DNA of 64,000 nucleotides from Anthoceros angustus (taxonomy: Eukaryota; Plantae; Anthocerotophyta): positions 372,001-436,000 of the forward strand of contig MU008191.1 in the NCBI GenBank assembly GCA_010909165.1, given 5' to 3'. Both the position numbers and the translations under genes were made by a program. Positions 26,549 through 39,680 of the stretch are shown one piece after another (within the stretch, counting starts at the first letter, position 1; the number at the start of each line of letters is the position of its first letter). The notes under the pieces were generated by a model. The model worked only from the letters and a program-made list of their open reading frames with translations. It made no database searches and was not told where the DNA came from.

Positions 26549-27520
26549 GTTACCGCCCATCACAAACCGACGACAACACAATCCCCATACATACATAAGA
26601 CAAACTTCCGTGCATCACTACCCAACCACCAGCAAATCAGCGTTCGGCAAATCGGCAGAGCCAAGTTTAGAATGCCGCCGATCAGCGAGATCCGTCTCGG
26701 GAAATGCACAACCACTCTTTGGACACGGTCCGTATCTGTGTGTACTGCCAGCATCCTTATCGGTTGGCCCCCGCCTAGCCTATCGCTGCATTTTGGCTTT
26801 CGATTTGGGTCCCCATAAAGGGGTGTAGGGTGCGCCGTGCAATAGAATACCGATGCGAGACGCTTGGAACTAGAGCCGAGGTAGCAAGCTACCCCATCAA
26901 GGCCCAAGCTCCGCCCACTGATAACAAGATCAAGAACTAGTTTACAGGGCCGATTTTATATGCCCTGGTATTCTCATCGCTCACTAATTGTATTGTTCCA
27001 GAACACTCACTTATCCTTGGCACTATGGGGTAATGCAAGCGAGCGCTTAAGCAAGTACTCCTCAAGAACAGCGAATGACGTGTCCCGCAATGAGCAACGG
27101 ACAGACATGGTATAGTATTAGTAAAACTTAAACTGTACTAATATAAAGTGTCCAGGCTTTAGAACAGATTAATTTAGAATCAAGGACCCTGAATAAATTA
27201 CTTATTCATAGGAGGATGATGGCCTGCAGTAAGGTGGCTCGTCCACTTTAAAATCTTGTATCTATGCATACAATAGGTATCCAAGAATTGTCAAGAAGTT
27301 TTTATCAATTACCTCTCATAATAATTAGAATAGTATCACTCACATACATGACCAGCAACTCAGGAGACTACCGACCTACATATCAGGGAGTTTGAACCAC
27401 AAACTCGGTGTCTTTGTTGTTGGTCTGAAGGCAGTCAAAGGAGTCGCATGAACCTACACATTAGCAAGTAAATCATAGAAGATAACCTGGTCTACACATT
27501 AAGCAAGGTACAAAATATGG

Positions 27521-29358
27521 CTACTGTTTCCTGGCAACCAAATCGTCAATGTCCCATTTGAACAAGGCAATGAGCTTCTTAGAATAGGTGGGGCTGTGTT
27601 GCTCGGCCCTGACACGTGCAAGAGAGGTTCCAAACCACCTGGTTGCATCACGACGTGCAAGAACGTGAGAGACGTTATTACCTTTCTTCCCCCAAAGTGG
27701 TGGACATGCAGGTCATTCCTGATGGTGTGATAGTCCAGCGAATGGGGCCCAAACTCCAGTCCCTTTGGTCCCATCTGCTGCAAGGCCCTATCAGGACTCT
27801 GCACGGGTCGACAATAGTACCTCAGATTCCAGTGACAAGCAATTGAAAGGGTGCCTGCTCAAAAAGGCTTCAGAACTTATTACAAACCCTGATGCGGAGA
27901 AACAGAAGAAAGGAGAGCAAGGAGGCCTCGTTTGTTCTTGTCGTCTGCTTTCACCGTCTCCATAACAATTGGCACCTGGCTACCCTGTACCATCACACGC
28001 AAAGGAGGGAGGGAGCAACCTGCATAGGTTGAGAGGAAAGAAGCAAGTATTAGCACCGTGCATATGGTAGCTGTTATTTCAAGAAGACCACGAATAGTCT
28101 CCAGCATTCCTGAACGATGACCGACCAATGTCCACCACGTGCTGCAGCCGTTATTTCACCCTTCAGTGGACAACTTTGAAGAATCAATATGCAGACAACC
28201 GTCGAGGTAAGTGTCTCCATCAACAACTCACCTGATGGTGACATACTGTGATGGCGTGTCATGGGCACACCCGCCGATTTTGGCACCCTCATGTATCCCA
28301 CAACCAAGTCCTGTAACCACACAAACTCGAGTAACATTGGTGCCAGATCTTGGAGTGCATTCTGTCAGCCTGTGCCGTTGCACTGCAAATACTATGCTTG
28401 AGAAGCACAGAGCAGGGAACAGGACATACTGCAAGGCCCTTTGTGTAGTTGAAGCAGTTGCGCATCCACAAAAGTTTAGCACAATTGTCACGCTTTTAGT
28501 CCATCTGTACAGTCACGGCATCAGCTGTTCTTGCACAGAAGGTAGGGCCACTTAGGATGCAGACAGACCTGCAGCAGGATGGTGCTATGACGTTATTCAG
28601 TTCTTCCGCTGGCAAGCAAAACTATGGTACCTGTGTTGGCACGCATGAGCTTTATCTTCCAAGTTCAACAGTGGATCCAACTTGCATATTTTGTCTCTTA
28701 GTTTACAACCTTCTGTACAACAGCGGCACTGAGCTCAAAGCATCCAAGTTTACTTCAAGCATCCAAATGCTTGAAGTAAAGCTGTTCTACAGCATAAGAA
28801 TGTCAGCCAATGAGATCCACGTGAAAAAGACATAGGAACGTTTAGCAGGACAGTGCATTCGCTGACTCAACGTTACCTTGTACTCCTGCAAAACTCGTAG
28901 CATAAGACAGTTTCAGGATCGCCACCTGCAGCTTTCAAGAACTTATCCAGTCCCTGCCTAGAGCCATTGTCCGCTGACATCCACACAAATGCAAATAACT
29001 GGCACTGCTGTTTCACCCAGCCCATAGTGAAGAAGTGGAGGAAAGCTGAACTTAGCTTGCCGAAGATAAACTATGAAGAAAAACTAATATTAGCCAGCAG
29101 TTTGCCCAACAGCTGAGCTGGTCTCGGAGACTCAAAACAGCTGGTGCTAAGAACATACAGCATCTCCAGGCCAAGATGTCTCTCCACTGACCGTTAGGCT
29201 GCAAACACCGGAAAACGACCGTTGGCAAAGGCTGGAGTGCACGGTGATCAATTAAATTTCTGTATACAGACTTCTCCTGGCGGATTGGTACAAAGCCTCC
29301 GGCTACCTTGAACATGACAGCCGACCCCATAGAAAAGGAGCCGCTCCACTCCTGCTGC
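27521..29358 (-). pseudogene. HCAR: 5'-truncated HCAR (7-hydroxymethyl chlorophyll a reductase) pseudogene
   Basis: Exons AAGVERLLFYGVGCHVQ, DLVVGYMRVPKSAGVPMTRH and GPKGLEFGPHSLDYHTIRN. TTA>TAA nonsense at 29194-29196 relative to the second copy. The GNIIAFFLNL exon is deleted and the N-terminal Cys exons are absent. Confidence 0.88.
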
Positions 29359-30495
29359 CTGTAGAAGCACCCCAAAACAAATGGGTGGAAATAATAAGTC
29401 AGAACGGGAACTAGGTCACATACTTGTGTCGGCGGTCGTAGAATTGACAAGCATAAGTGTATGCTTTGCACAAAGTCAGGAGGGTGAGAACCAGTGGCTT
29501 CGTGCAGGGCCCAGGCCGCGTGATTCTGTAGGGCCAAAATCAATGGACATGTACCTCCAGCCTCTAAAACTGGTTCGGTTTCTCTAACGACCATCATCAT
29601 GGCTACAAGGAAGAGCTTCTTCGGTTTTCTGCGTAGTGCAACAAACAGTTTCGTAACTGGATTCCGGATCGAATGTGCTTTCTGCACACAGTTTTGCTGG
29701 GGAAGGTGGGCAAATACACTAGCTGGAATCTGACCAACAGAGAATCCGATGACAGCACTATCTTCTTGATTGATAGCACACACAATCTTCTTGAAGACAC
29801 CCTCTTCTCGGACGTCGAGTTCGACACAACAATCGTAGTGCTGAACAGTGCTAGAATCTTGATCAGCTGAACCTATAGACCTAGCCAACATCCATCTTGG
29901 ATTTATTTGGAGCCCCCTGAAAGGGGGCGTGGGGTGCGCCACGCGACGGTGAAGCCAAGGCAAGGCGCGTGGAGCCTGTGCCTAAGCTGCAGGCAGCCAG
30001 GACAAGCTCCCCCCACTAGGAACACGCAGTAGGCCCGGGTATCCTCTGGAATGATACGGAAACTCCTGTAGAACCTAGAACTTGTATCGTTCCAGAGGCC
30101 CCTCACATATCCTTAACGATATGGGGTAATTGTTATACCGAACTGGAAGCGAACTTTTCATGAGCTACGCGTCTCGACAGCACAGACGTGGTGGGTCCGC
30201 AAAGAGAAACTGGGTTGCCGGAAATGCGCAGTGCACATTGATATCCCAAGAAGAAGATGTAGAATTTTATTGAAGTCCACCAAGGACGGATTTCCGTCAC
30301 GGGACTTGGTACTTAACAACTTTGTACCAAGGCCATGACTTGCCGAGTGGCGCGGTTTAACCTAAAGTAATGGTGAAGCCAACGTGTTCGATCCCTATCA
30401 GGGTGACCGAGTTGGTCTAAGGTGCTTGCACCATGGTGTTTCAGATTATGGGTTCGATTCCTTCTACTGATGGTAGCCTGCGTACCTACATCTTC

Positions 30496-33400
30496 AGTAA
30501 CGGCACTGGTGAAACATGGTAGAAAGGTGAAAAGTTGAAAAAGGTAAAAAGCTAAGTTAGTAGCTGCCCTGTTAAGAAGATGCATGTGTTGCATGCTTCA
30601 TGCAATCTCTTGTTAGAGAGGAATTGCTACACCACAAATGAAGAGCTGCCTAGAGAGGACTCTTAGTGATTAGTGGTATGTAAGAATCCCTAGATTTAAC
30701 ATGCCTAGTTAAGGTCAGTCATGGATATATAAGGGCTAGAACAAGGGCTTTGAGGAACAAGTTACAAGTGGGACTCACTCTTGAGAGAGCAAGAGCGCCG
30801 CAAGCCTTGTGTTGAGAGAGTGGAGAGCTAGCTAGTGAGCTTGTCATGGAATCAAGGGCGAGCTGGGCGTAGATAGCCGATTCCATCGTTGTATTCTTGT
30901 AATAAAGAGCAAGACCTCGAGGAGGTGGCTGCGAGTCGTCGATGGACGGGCTACTTGGAGCCTAGTCGTGTTGTGAGGTTGAGAGCGTTGAGAATCGTGC
31001 AAGTCTCTTGTGGAGTGAATTGGCGAGGTCCTAGACCTGGGAAGCCAAGACTTGACGCTTCCTCATCGGGTCCGTGGAGGGGTGTTACTTGAGTGGTATC
31101 GAGCGTAGTCCATTCCTCCGAGTGACTAGAGAGTGCACAAGATGGTCAATGAGAAGCGAAGGAGAGGTCAAGAAGCGGCGGTCTCCGCCGATCATCCGCC
31201 TCAATCGCCGCCTGAAGATTCATCGTCACAACAAGAGGAAGTGAGAGCGCCGAGAGCACAGAGCCCATCCGGAGAGAAGTCGAGGACTGAAGAACGGATG
31301 GTGGAAGTACTTTATCAAGTTCTTCCAGGTGTCTCTGACGATGTAATGACTTCAAGGAAGAAGACAAAGCAGAATCCAGAGCCCACAGCTCAACAAGGCG
31401 AAGATGCGGAAGAACAACAAGAAATCTTCCGTGAATTCAGAGCATCTTCAAAGTGGCTCCAAATCGAGCATGAAGCTAGCCCTACCGGATAAGTATGAGG
31501 GAGAAAGAGATCCGCAAGTCATTGATTCTTGGATCTATTCTATTGAGACTTATCTCGCCTCATCTCGTGTTGAGCCGGAGTACTACTTAGGTACCGTTGG
31601 CAATTTCTTAAAGGGCTATGCTTTGGTCTGGTGGCGAAGTTATGGTGCTAATGTTGCCTAGGGTAACCGAGCACATACCATCACAGACTGGGCATCCTTC
31701 AAAGAAGCCCTCAAGAAGCAGTTCCAACCTGCGAATGCTTCGCCTAAGTGCAGCCTTGACAATATCAAGCAAGCAGTGTCTGAGATTATGTAAGTACCTT
31801 CGTGAAGTCCATGCACGCACTACCATGAGTGAAGATGACAAACGCATCGCTTCATGGTCGGTTTGAAGGATTGGGCTGTAATTGAGTTGTAGTCCAACTA
31901 CATTGGCAGAGGCCATTACGCAGCAGATGCCATCCCAGATACTTTCCATTCTAGTACATCCAACTCCTCCAAGATTTCGAGGGGCACTATGCCCAGACTA
32001 GAGGAAGCTCTAGTAGTGCGTGAGACTAAGGACATTGGCGGAAATGGAATTGCAAGAGGCAATTCAAGAGGAAATTTCATGGAAGAAATCGAGGAGCGCA
32101 GAGGTCATGAGCTCGAGAACAAGTATGGGTTCTCGAAAAGGAGTATGCTACTCATGTGGAGAGCCGGACATTATGCAAATGAATGCCCGAATGCCGAACT
32201 CTCAACGTAGCGAAGGAGATCCACACCAAGACTCGTGGATTACAAGTGGCGGATCCGAGGATCCCAAATGACGGATCGGCCACATGTTGCGGCATGTGGT
32301 GAGTCTCAGTCTTGAGGAGCACTATTCGGAGGGCGGGTGGAGAGCTCATGTACATACATGGATGTATAAATGGAGCGAGCGAGGATGTTGCTTGACTTAG
32401 CAACACATAATTTCATTTCTCCTAGCAAGGCAAGCAAGCTTGGTTTGACATGGGCTAGTACATCCGAGCCATGTAGAGTGAAACAAGCTAAAGGAATGCG
32501 CAACACAAAGGTGAATTGCAAGAAGTGCCGTTGCAGATAGGGAATTGGAATGGAGCGTGAGCTTCATTGTAGATATGGATGATCATGAAATCATCTTGGG
32601 CTTAGAATGGATGAAGGCCAACAAGGTATGTGTGAACGTGGACTCACGCACCATACGATCTTAGGAGATGAAGAGCACAAAGTGAGTTGTGCGTTCTCAA
32701 GCGAGGCTTGGAGACAACATTGATGATATCATCTCTAAGAAAGAGCTCAAATGTTGTGTAAAGGATGGAGAGGAACTCTTTTACTTGTCGCAAGGACTAG
32801 AAGATGGTCTTGAGATGGAGTCTCGAGCGCCAAGATTCCAAGGAAGTGCGGTGTCTTGAATGAGTTCAAGGACTTGATGCCCGATGAGTTGCCTCCTTTA
32901 CCTCCTAGAAGAATTGTAGATCATGAGATTGATCTCAAGCCGTGAAGTACACCGCCTTCAAGAGCGCCATATAGATTATCGCAGGATGAGCTACAAGAGT
33001 CAAGAGACAGATGTCTAACACCTAGCCAAGGGCTATGTGAGAATCTCAAAGTCCCCATTTGGTGCGCCTGTTGTTCACGCAAGAAGAATGGAGGATTGAG
33101 ATTATGCTTGGATTACGAGCACTCAATCGATAACGTGAAGAATTCTTATCCTTTGCCAAGGATGGATGACTTGTTGATGATTGAGGTGCTAAGTATTTCA
33201 CCAAGTCGGATCTAATGGCGCTATTACCGATTCGCATCGCAGAAGGACATGAATACAAGACGCTTGTAGAACAAGGTATGGATCTTTTGAGTTCCTTGTC
33301 ATGCCATTTGGACTCACTAATGCACCACCACGTTTGAGACTCTCATGAATACTATATTCGAGATCCGTTGGATGAGTGTGTTGTGATATACTTGGATGAC

Positions 33401-36158
33401 ATCATGATATACGATTCTACCTTGAAGAGCATGTCCAACACTTGAGGAAAGTGTTAGAAAGGTTAAGAGCAAATTCTTTGTTCTTAGCTATAACAAAGTG
33501 TGACTTTGTTAAGGAAGAGATAGACTTCCTAGGATTCATTGTCTCTGCGGATGGTATCGGGATGGATCCCGATAAGGTAAAGGCCATACGAGTTGGCTGC
33601 CAACGAATGTGCACGAGGTGCGTATGTTTTGGGATTGGCTAGCGTGTAAGATTTGTACCGATGTTTGCCAAGATTGCCGCCCCATTAATCGATCTCTTGA
33701 AGAAGGCGAAGGCTTGGAAGTGGGATGATGAATGTCGAGGGCATTCGAGTTTGAAGTTGAAACTGACTACCCCAAGATTGGCAATCTATGATCCAAGAAG
33801 GATATAGAAGTATAGATGCGCCGATATTGCAATTGGTGAGTGCTCATGCAAGAAGGTAGGTGGCTTGGTCAATCAAGGAAGGCATGAACATGAAAGGAAG
33901 TACCCACTTATGAAAAGGAGATGAGCCATCAATTGTCTCAAGATTTGGAGACATTATCTTCTAGGAAGATCTTTTGCCGTATACGCATAATGTAAGCACG
34001 AGCTTCTTTACAAATCAGCGACTAAGCGCAAGACAAAGCTAGATGGCAAGATTTCCTAGCAATGTATGATGTGTCTATCAAGTACAAGCCGGGGAAGGAG
34101 AATCTCGTGGCGGATGCTTTGAGTCGCAAGCGAGTTTAAGTTTGATAACGCTTGTCAAGAGGCCTAAGCTAGCAACACGGATGGTGATTGAGCCAAGGAC
34201 ACTCACACGCAGATCAAGGAAGCTTATCTGCGAGATCCATTAGCTGTGATTGGATCAATGAAGTGGAGCAACCGGATCTAAGTTTAAGCTTAGAAATGGC
34301 TTGTTGATGTTCAAGCAAAACAGATTGTGATTCCCGATTCTCATGTGTTGAGAAGGAAGTTGCTTGCAGTGTCATGATGTGCCAAGTGCAGTCATAGAGG
34401 AATTGACCCAACTTATGAGAAGTTGAGAAAGGCTTTTCTTGGCTGGAATGTACAAGCATCGTTGAGTATGTTAAGTCTTGTGTAGACGAGGATAAGGTGG
34501 AGCGGACAAATCCGAGGTTTGTTGCAACCGCCTATTCCAAGTGGGCCTTGGAAAAGTATATCAATGGATTTCATTATGCCATTGCCACCAATAATGGACA
34601 CACTATCATGACGGTGGTTGATAGATTCAAGCAAGCACACTTCATCCCTACGAAGAAGCGAGTGAAAGCTTAAGTTGCTCGATTGTTCAAGAAGCATGTA
34701 TATGTGTTACATGGACGCCTATGCATTGTGAGTGAGAGATCCCAGTTCTGCGAGTTTTGGCAACTTATGAAGAGCTTAGGAGTGCAATTATGTATGAGCA
34801 CGTACCACCACGATACGGATGGATCAACGAGAGGGTGAAGAATCCAAGAAGAATACTTACGACACTATATGCGGATGGACCGGAGGAGTAATCATCTTGA
34901 GGATGCGAATTTTGTTATAATAACATACATAGCTCCACAGGCTACACACCTTTTCGGATGATGTAACGAAGCAATGGACGTAGTTTCCATGTTGAATGCT
35001 AGCGTGTTGAGACAAGCAAGAGAACCACGTGAATTCATTGAGCGCTTAAGGGCGGGCATGAAGTTGCTAAGAAGATATTGGCCAAGGCTCGGGACAAAAA
35101 GAAGTTTGGCAGCAGCAAGAGGCGAGTTTCAAGTAGGAGACAAGGTGTGGGTGAAATTGAAGAATTTCCCACACAAGGCGACCTCAAAGTTAAGGCCTAA
35201 GTATGGAGGACCTTTCGTAGTTCAAGCGCATTGGAAATGTGGCTTACAAACTACATTGCTGAATGGATCTTCTCTCATAATGTGTTTCATGTCTCTTTCT
35301 TTGAAACCATTTGTGATTTCGAAGAGAATGAAGATATGAGCAGGAAGGATTATGTCATCCCGGTTCAACACAATCATGGTCTCGGGAGATTGTTGAATTC
35401 TGGCGAGAGAGAAGTGCCCTCTTGTCGTGGTAATGTGCAGTATCTGGTAAGGCTTCGTGGTTATGCGGATCCTGCAGGTTTCACTTGAAGATGTGCAACA
35501 AGGATCATGGATGATCTCGCGTTACCGAGGTCATTGAGGACAATGACATCTTCCGATGGGGAGAGATGCTTGGTGAAACAGGTAGAAAGGTGAAAAGTTG
35601 AAAAGGTAAAAGCTAAGTTAGTAGCCTGTTAAGAAGATGCATGTGTTGCATGCTTCATGCAATCTCTTGTTAGAGAGGAATTGCTACACCACAAATGAAG
35701 AGCTGCCTAGAGAGGACTCTTAGTGATTAGTGGTATGTAAGAATCCCTAGATTTAACTGCCTAGTTAAGGTCGGTGCGGGATATATAAGGGCTAGAGCAA
35801 GGGCTTTGAGGAACAAGTTACAAGTGGGACTCACTCTTTGAGAGAGCGAGCAAGTGTCTTTGCACTGTGTTGAGAGAGGCTGTGGAGAGCTAGCTAGTGA
35901 GCTTGTCATGGAATCAAGGCGTGTGATTGGGCATAGATAGCCGATTCCATCGTTGTATTCTTGTAATAAAGAGCAGCACCTCGAGGAGGTGGCTGCAGTC
36001 GTCGATGGACGGGCTACTTGGAGCCTAGTCTTGTGTTGTGAGGTTGAGAGCGTTGAGAATCGTGCAAGTCTCTTGTGGAGTGAATTGGCGAGGTCCTAGA
36101 CCGCTGGGAAGCCAGCACTTGACGCTTCCTTACTGGCTGCGCAGTGAGGGGTGTTATT
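30496..36158 (+). mobile_element. Full-length Ty3/gypsy chromovirus; LTRs about 30496-31089 and 35564-36158; TSD TCTTC; ORFs frameshifted
   Basis: ~590-bp direct repeats, PBS TGGTATCGAGC (tRNA-iMet type) at 31094 and PPT near 35555. Gag LPDKYEGERDP, zinc knuckle CYSCG..HYANECP, RT YLDD, integrase WKSISMDFI, KLRPKYGGPF and chromodomain-like VQYLVRLRGY. TCTTC at 30491-30495 and 36159-36163. Confidence 0.93.
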
Positions 36159-36388
36159 TCTTCTGCATTAAATGCGAAAACATTAACATTTCTTTGTAAA
36201 TTAAAGAAATATTAGGTGCTGTTGTTGGATAACCATTCTTATATGTAGATCCTTGTAGCTAAGCGACTCCCCGCTTTAGTCCTAAGTGCGTATGACGTGT
36301 CCAACCCCCCATCAGTTTTCCGTCCGTCCCGTTGCCTACTAACGTGCGCCTATCGCGCCGGACATGACATACGGGGTCCATGATATGC

Positions 36389-39300
36389 TTACTGGTTCCT
36401 AGCAAGCAGGTCGTCAATTTCCCCTTTGCTATTGTACATGGCAATGAGCTTCTTAGAATAGGTGGGGATGTGTTGCTTGGCCCTGAAATGTGCAAGGGAG
36501 GTATCAAACACCTGATTGCAACACGACGTGCAAGGACATCCAGAGACGCGATTACCTCTGCTTCCCCCAAGCACGGTGGACATGCAGGTGATTCCTGATG
36601 GTGTGATAGTCCAGCGAATATCGCCCAAACTCCAGTCCCTTTGGTCCAACCTGCTCCAAGGGACGGCCCAATCAGGACTCTGCACGGGTTGACAGTAGTA
36701 TCCCAGAGTTCTGTGACAGGAGTTGAGGGGGCGAGTGCTCACCAAGTTTAGGAAGAAGGCAATGATGTTTCCCACGAGTCGAGGTGCAGGGGATGTCTTC
36801 TCCTTTCCTTTTGTTTGCACCACAATCAGGTCAGGCTTCGGAACAGTACAAACCCTGATGCGAAAAAACAGAGAAATAGGGAGCAGGTAGACCTAGTTTC
36901 GCCTTGTCATCTGCTTTCACCGTCTCCATCACAAATGGCACCCTGTTACCCTGTAATAGCAGAGGCAGAGGATCATCCATACCGGTTCAGTTGGAGGGAG
37001 CAACCTGCAAAGGAGTTCGCGGAAAGAACGAGGATTCGCACCGTGCTTATGGTTGGTGTTATTTCAAGAAGATCACGAACAGTCTCCAGCATTTCTCGAC
37101 CCCTCTTATTCCTGAATGGTGGCAGGTCAATGTCCACTAGGTGTTGCAGCAGGTTTTTAACCCCTCAGTGGACAGCTTTGCAGCTTCCATGCAGACAAAC
37201 TTCGAATGTAAGAGTCTAGCATCAAGAACTCACCTGATGGTGACATACTGTGGATGGCGTGTCATGGGCACACCGGCAGATTTTGGCACCCCCATGTATC
37301 CCACAACCAAGTCCTGTAAACACAGAAACTCGAGTAAACTGCTGCCAGAATTTGAAGTGCACCCTTTCAGCCTGTGCCGTTGCATGCAAATACTGTGCAT
37401 GCGAAGCCCAGATGAACATAGAGAAGGGAACAGGACATACTGCAAGGCCGTTTGTGTAGTCGAAACAGCTATGCATCCACACAAGTTTAGCACAATTGTC
37501 AGGCTTATGTCCGTCTGCACTGTCACGACATGAGCTGTACTGGGACAGAAGGTCCTTGCAAACATAGGATGCAGACAGACCTGTAGCAGGATGGTGCTAT
37601 GACGTCATTCAGTTCATCCGCTGGCAAGCAAAAGTATGGTACCTATGTTGGCATGCATGAGCTTTAGCTTCCAAGTTCAACAACCCAACTTCCATGTTTT
37701 GCTGTGTCTTTGTTCACAACCTTCTTTACAACCGCAGCACTGAGCTTACCTCTTCATTACGGCCATCCAAATGTTTGAGGTGAACCTGTTCTACAGCATA
37801 GAATGTCAGCTAATGAAATCCACTTGAAAAAGACACGGAAACTTTCAGGAGCACACCGCATTGGCTGACTCAACGTTACCTTGTAGTCCTGCATGAACTC
37901 ATAGTGCAAAACAGTTTCGGGATCGTCACTTGCAGCTTTTAAGAACTTATCCAGTCCCTGCCTGGGGCCATTGTCCACTGACATCCACACAAATACACAT
38001 AACTGGCACCTGCTGTTAATCCCACCTCTGAGTGAAGAAGTGGAGACAAGCTCAACTCAGTTCCCTGGGGACATGATATCATGGTTTACAGGCCCATGAC
38101 GAAACTGATATCAGCCAGGAGTTTTTCCCAACAGCAGAGCTGGTCTCGGAGACTCACCACAATTGGTGCCAAGAACATACAGCTTCTCCAGGCCAAGATG
38201 TCTCTCCACTGACCGTAAGGCTGCAAACGCCGGAAATAAGCGTTGGCAAAGGCTGGAGTGCATTTTTATCACTCACGATTCTGTATGAAGGCTTATCCTG
38301 ACGGATTCATACAAAGCCTCCTGGTACCTTGGACTTGACAGCCAACCCCACAGAAAAGGAGCCGCTTCACTCCTGCTGCCTGTGGAAGCATCCAGAAGTA
38401 AAAAGGGTGGACACAATAGCTTCCAATAGCATGAAATTCTAACCGTCCATGGTCATGATTGAGCAGACAGGATACCTCAACCAGAGCGAGTGTGTTCAGA
38501 TTCGGGGACAACGTCGGTTTCACACCTTTTGCTGCAAAAACCTCTTCCGGTGTCCTGTAGAGAAGAGACACCATTTATCACGTTTGCAAATTTTCAGGAA
38601 CAGGCTTGGCCATGCAGAAGGCAACTGAAACCATTTTGGACATGTTGCGGACCTTGCTAGGACTGGCTTTGGTTTGAAACGGTCATTCGGATCGCTGCAC
38701 AAGACACAATACTAGAACTTATTTTCACTCCTTTGGCAAGCAGGTGACATATAGCCGCACACTTTCCGGTCTGAAGGAAATGGAAATGTCACAGCAAGTC
38801 AGATTAGAGGACCTTTGCACACAAATGACAGCATCAACTCGATTTGAACGCAGCATTTCCACTGCAATTGCCGTCACAATTCCTGTCCATTGAGCACCTG
38901 TCGAACAAAACCTCTAAAAGTCAGCAGTTATGAAAGGCAAGCAAGCAAGGCAGACCTCGCAAAAGCTCCAACCTTCGACAGGCTCAATCTTCCGGGCATA
39001 AAGCATTTCCTCGTGAACTCCAAAGTGCAAGTCATCCAAGGAATCCAAATTTCTGCCCCGACCATGCACCTGGGGCTCAAGTGCCTGCATACAAGACCTG
39101 TCAAACATTTGCCGAAATTCCTAGGCCTCTGCAACAAACAAGGAAATTATACCTCAATCCTGGACATGCCATCCCCCAGAAAAGCACAAGCCTCTTTCAC
39201 ATGGGCAATATAATATGTATCGCACAGCCCGCACTGGCTGCAGATTTATAGGTAAGGGACTTCAGAACACCATTTGGAGACAGCCCAGAAATGTCATACA

Positions 39301-39680
39301 GAGTGAAAATCAGGATCTGAAAGTATGCGTATGCCTGCAGTGATCCTTGGCAGGGTAGGTAGACCCGGGCTTGATGGGTTTTGATTTGCTTCTCCAGTCC
39401 CCTGCAGAAATGCAAGCCAACCATTACGCTGTCGCCCACAAACTGTACTCTTGGAGGTAGAAGCTCTGAACCGCACCTTGCGCTCTGACGGTCATAGCCC
39501 TTGGCCCCGGACGGGTCTTGCAGTAGAGGCCCACACGAACTTCACGATCCTCCAAGCTGTGGATGCAGGTGGAAGAAGAAGGGACACCACTCAGCCAAGC
39601 AGGAGGCGAAACGAGGCCATTGCTGAGGGACGAAAATCGTGGCAGGGGGTGCCAGATGGCTGGACACGAGGACACCGGAT
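36389..39680 (-). CDS. HCAR: 7-hydroxymethyl chlorophyll a reductase, chloroplastic; multi-exon, lacking only the first ~7 codons at this position (complete exon 1 copy has its ATG at 46882)
   Basis: Ordered exons DWRSKSKPIKPGSTYPAKDHCS|QCGLCDTYYIAHVKEACAFLGDGMSRIE, GAQWTGIVTAIAVEML, TPEEVFAAKGVKPTLSPNLNTL, LLFCGVGCQVQ, VDNGPRQGLDKFL, CFDYTNGLA, GPKGLEFGRYSLDYHTIRN, stop at 36389. Confidence 0.92.
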
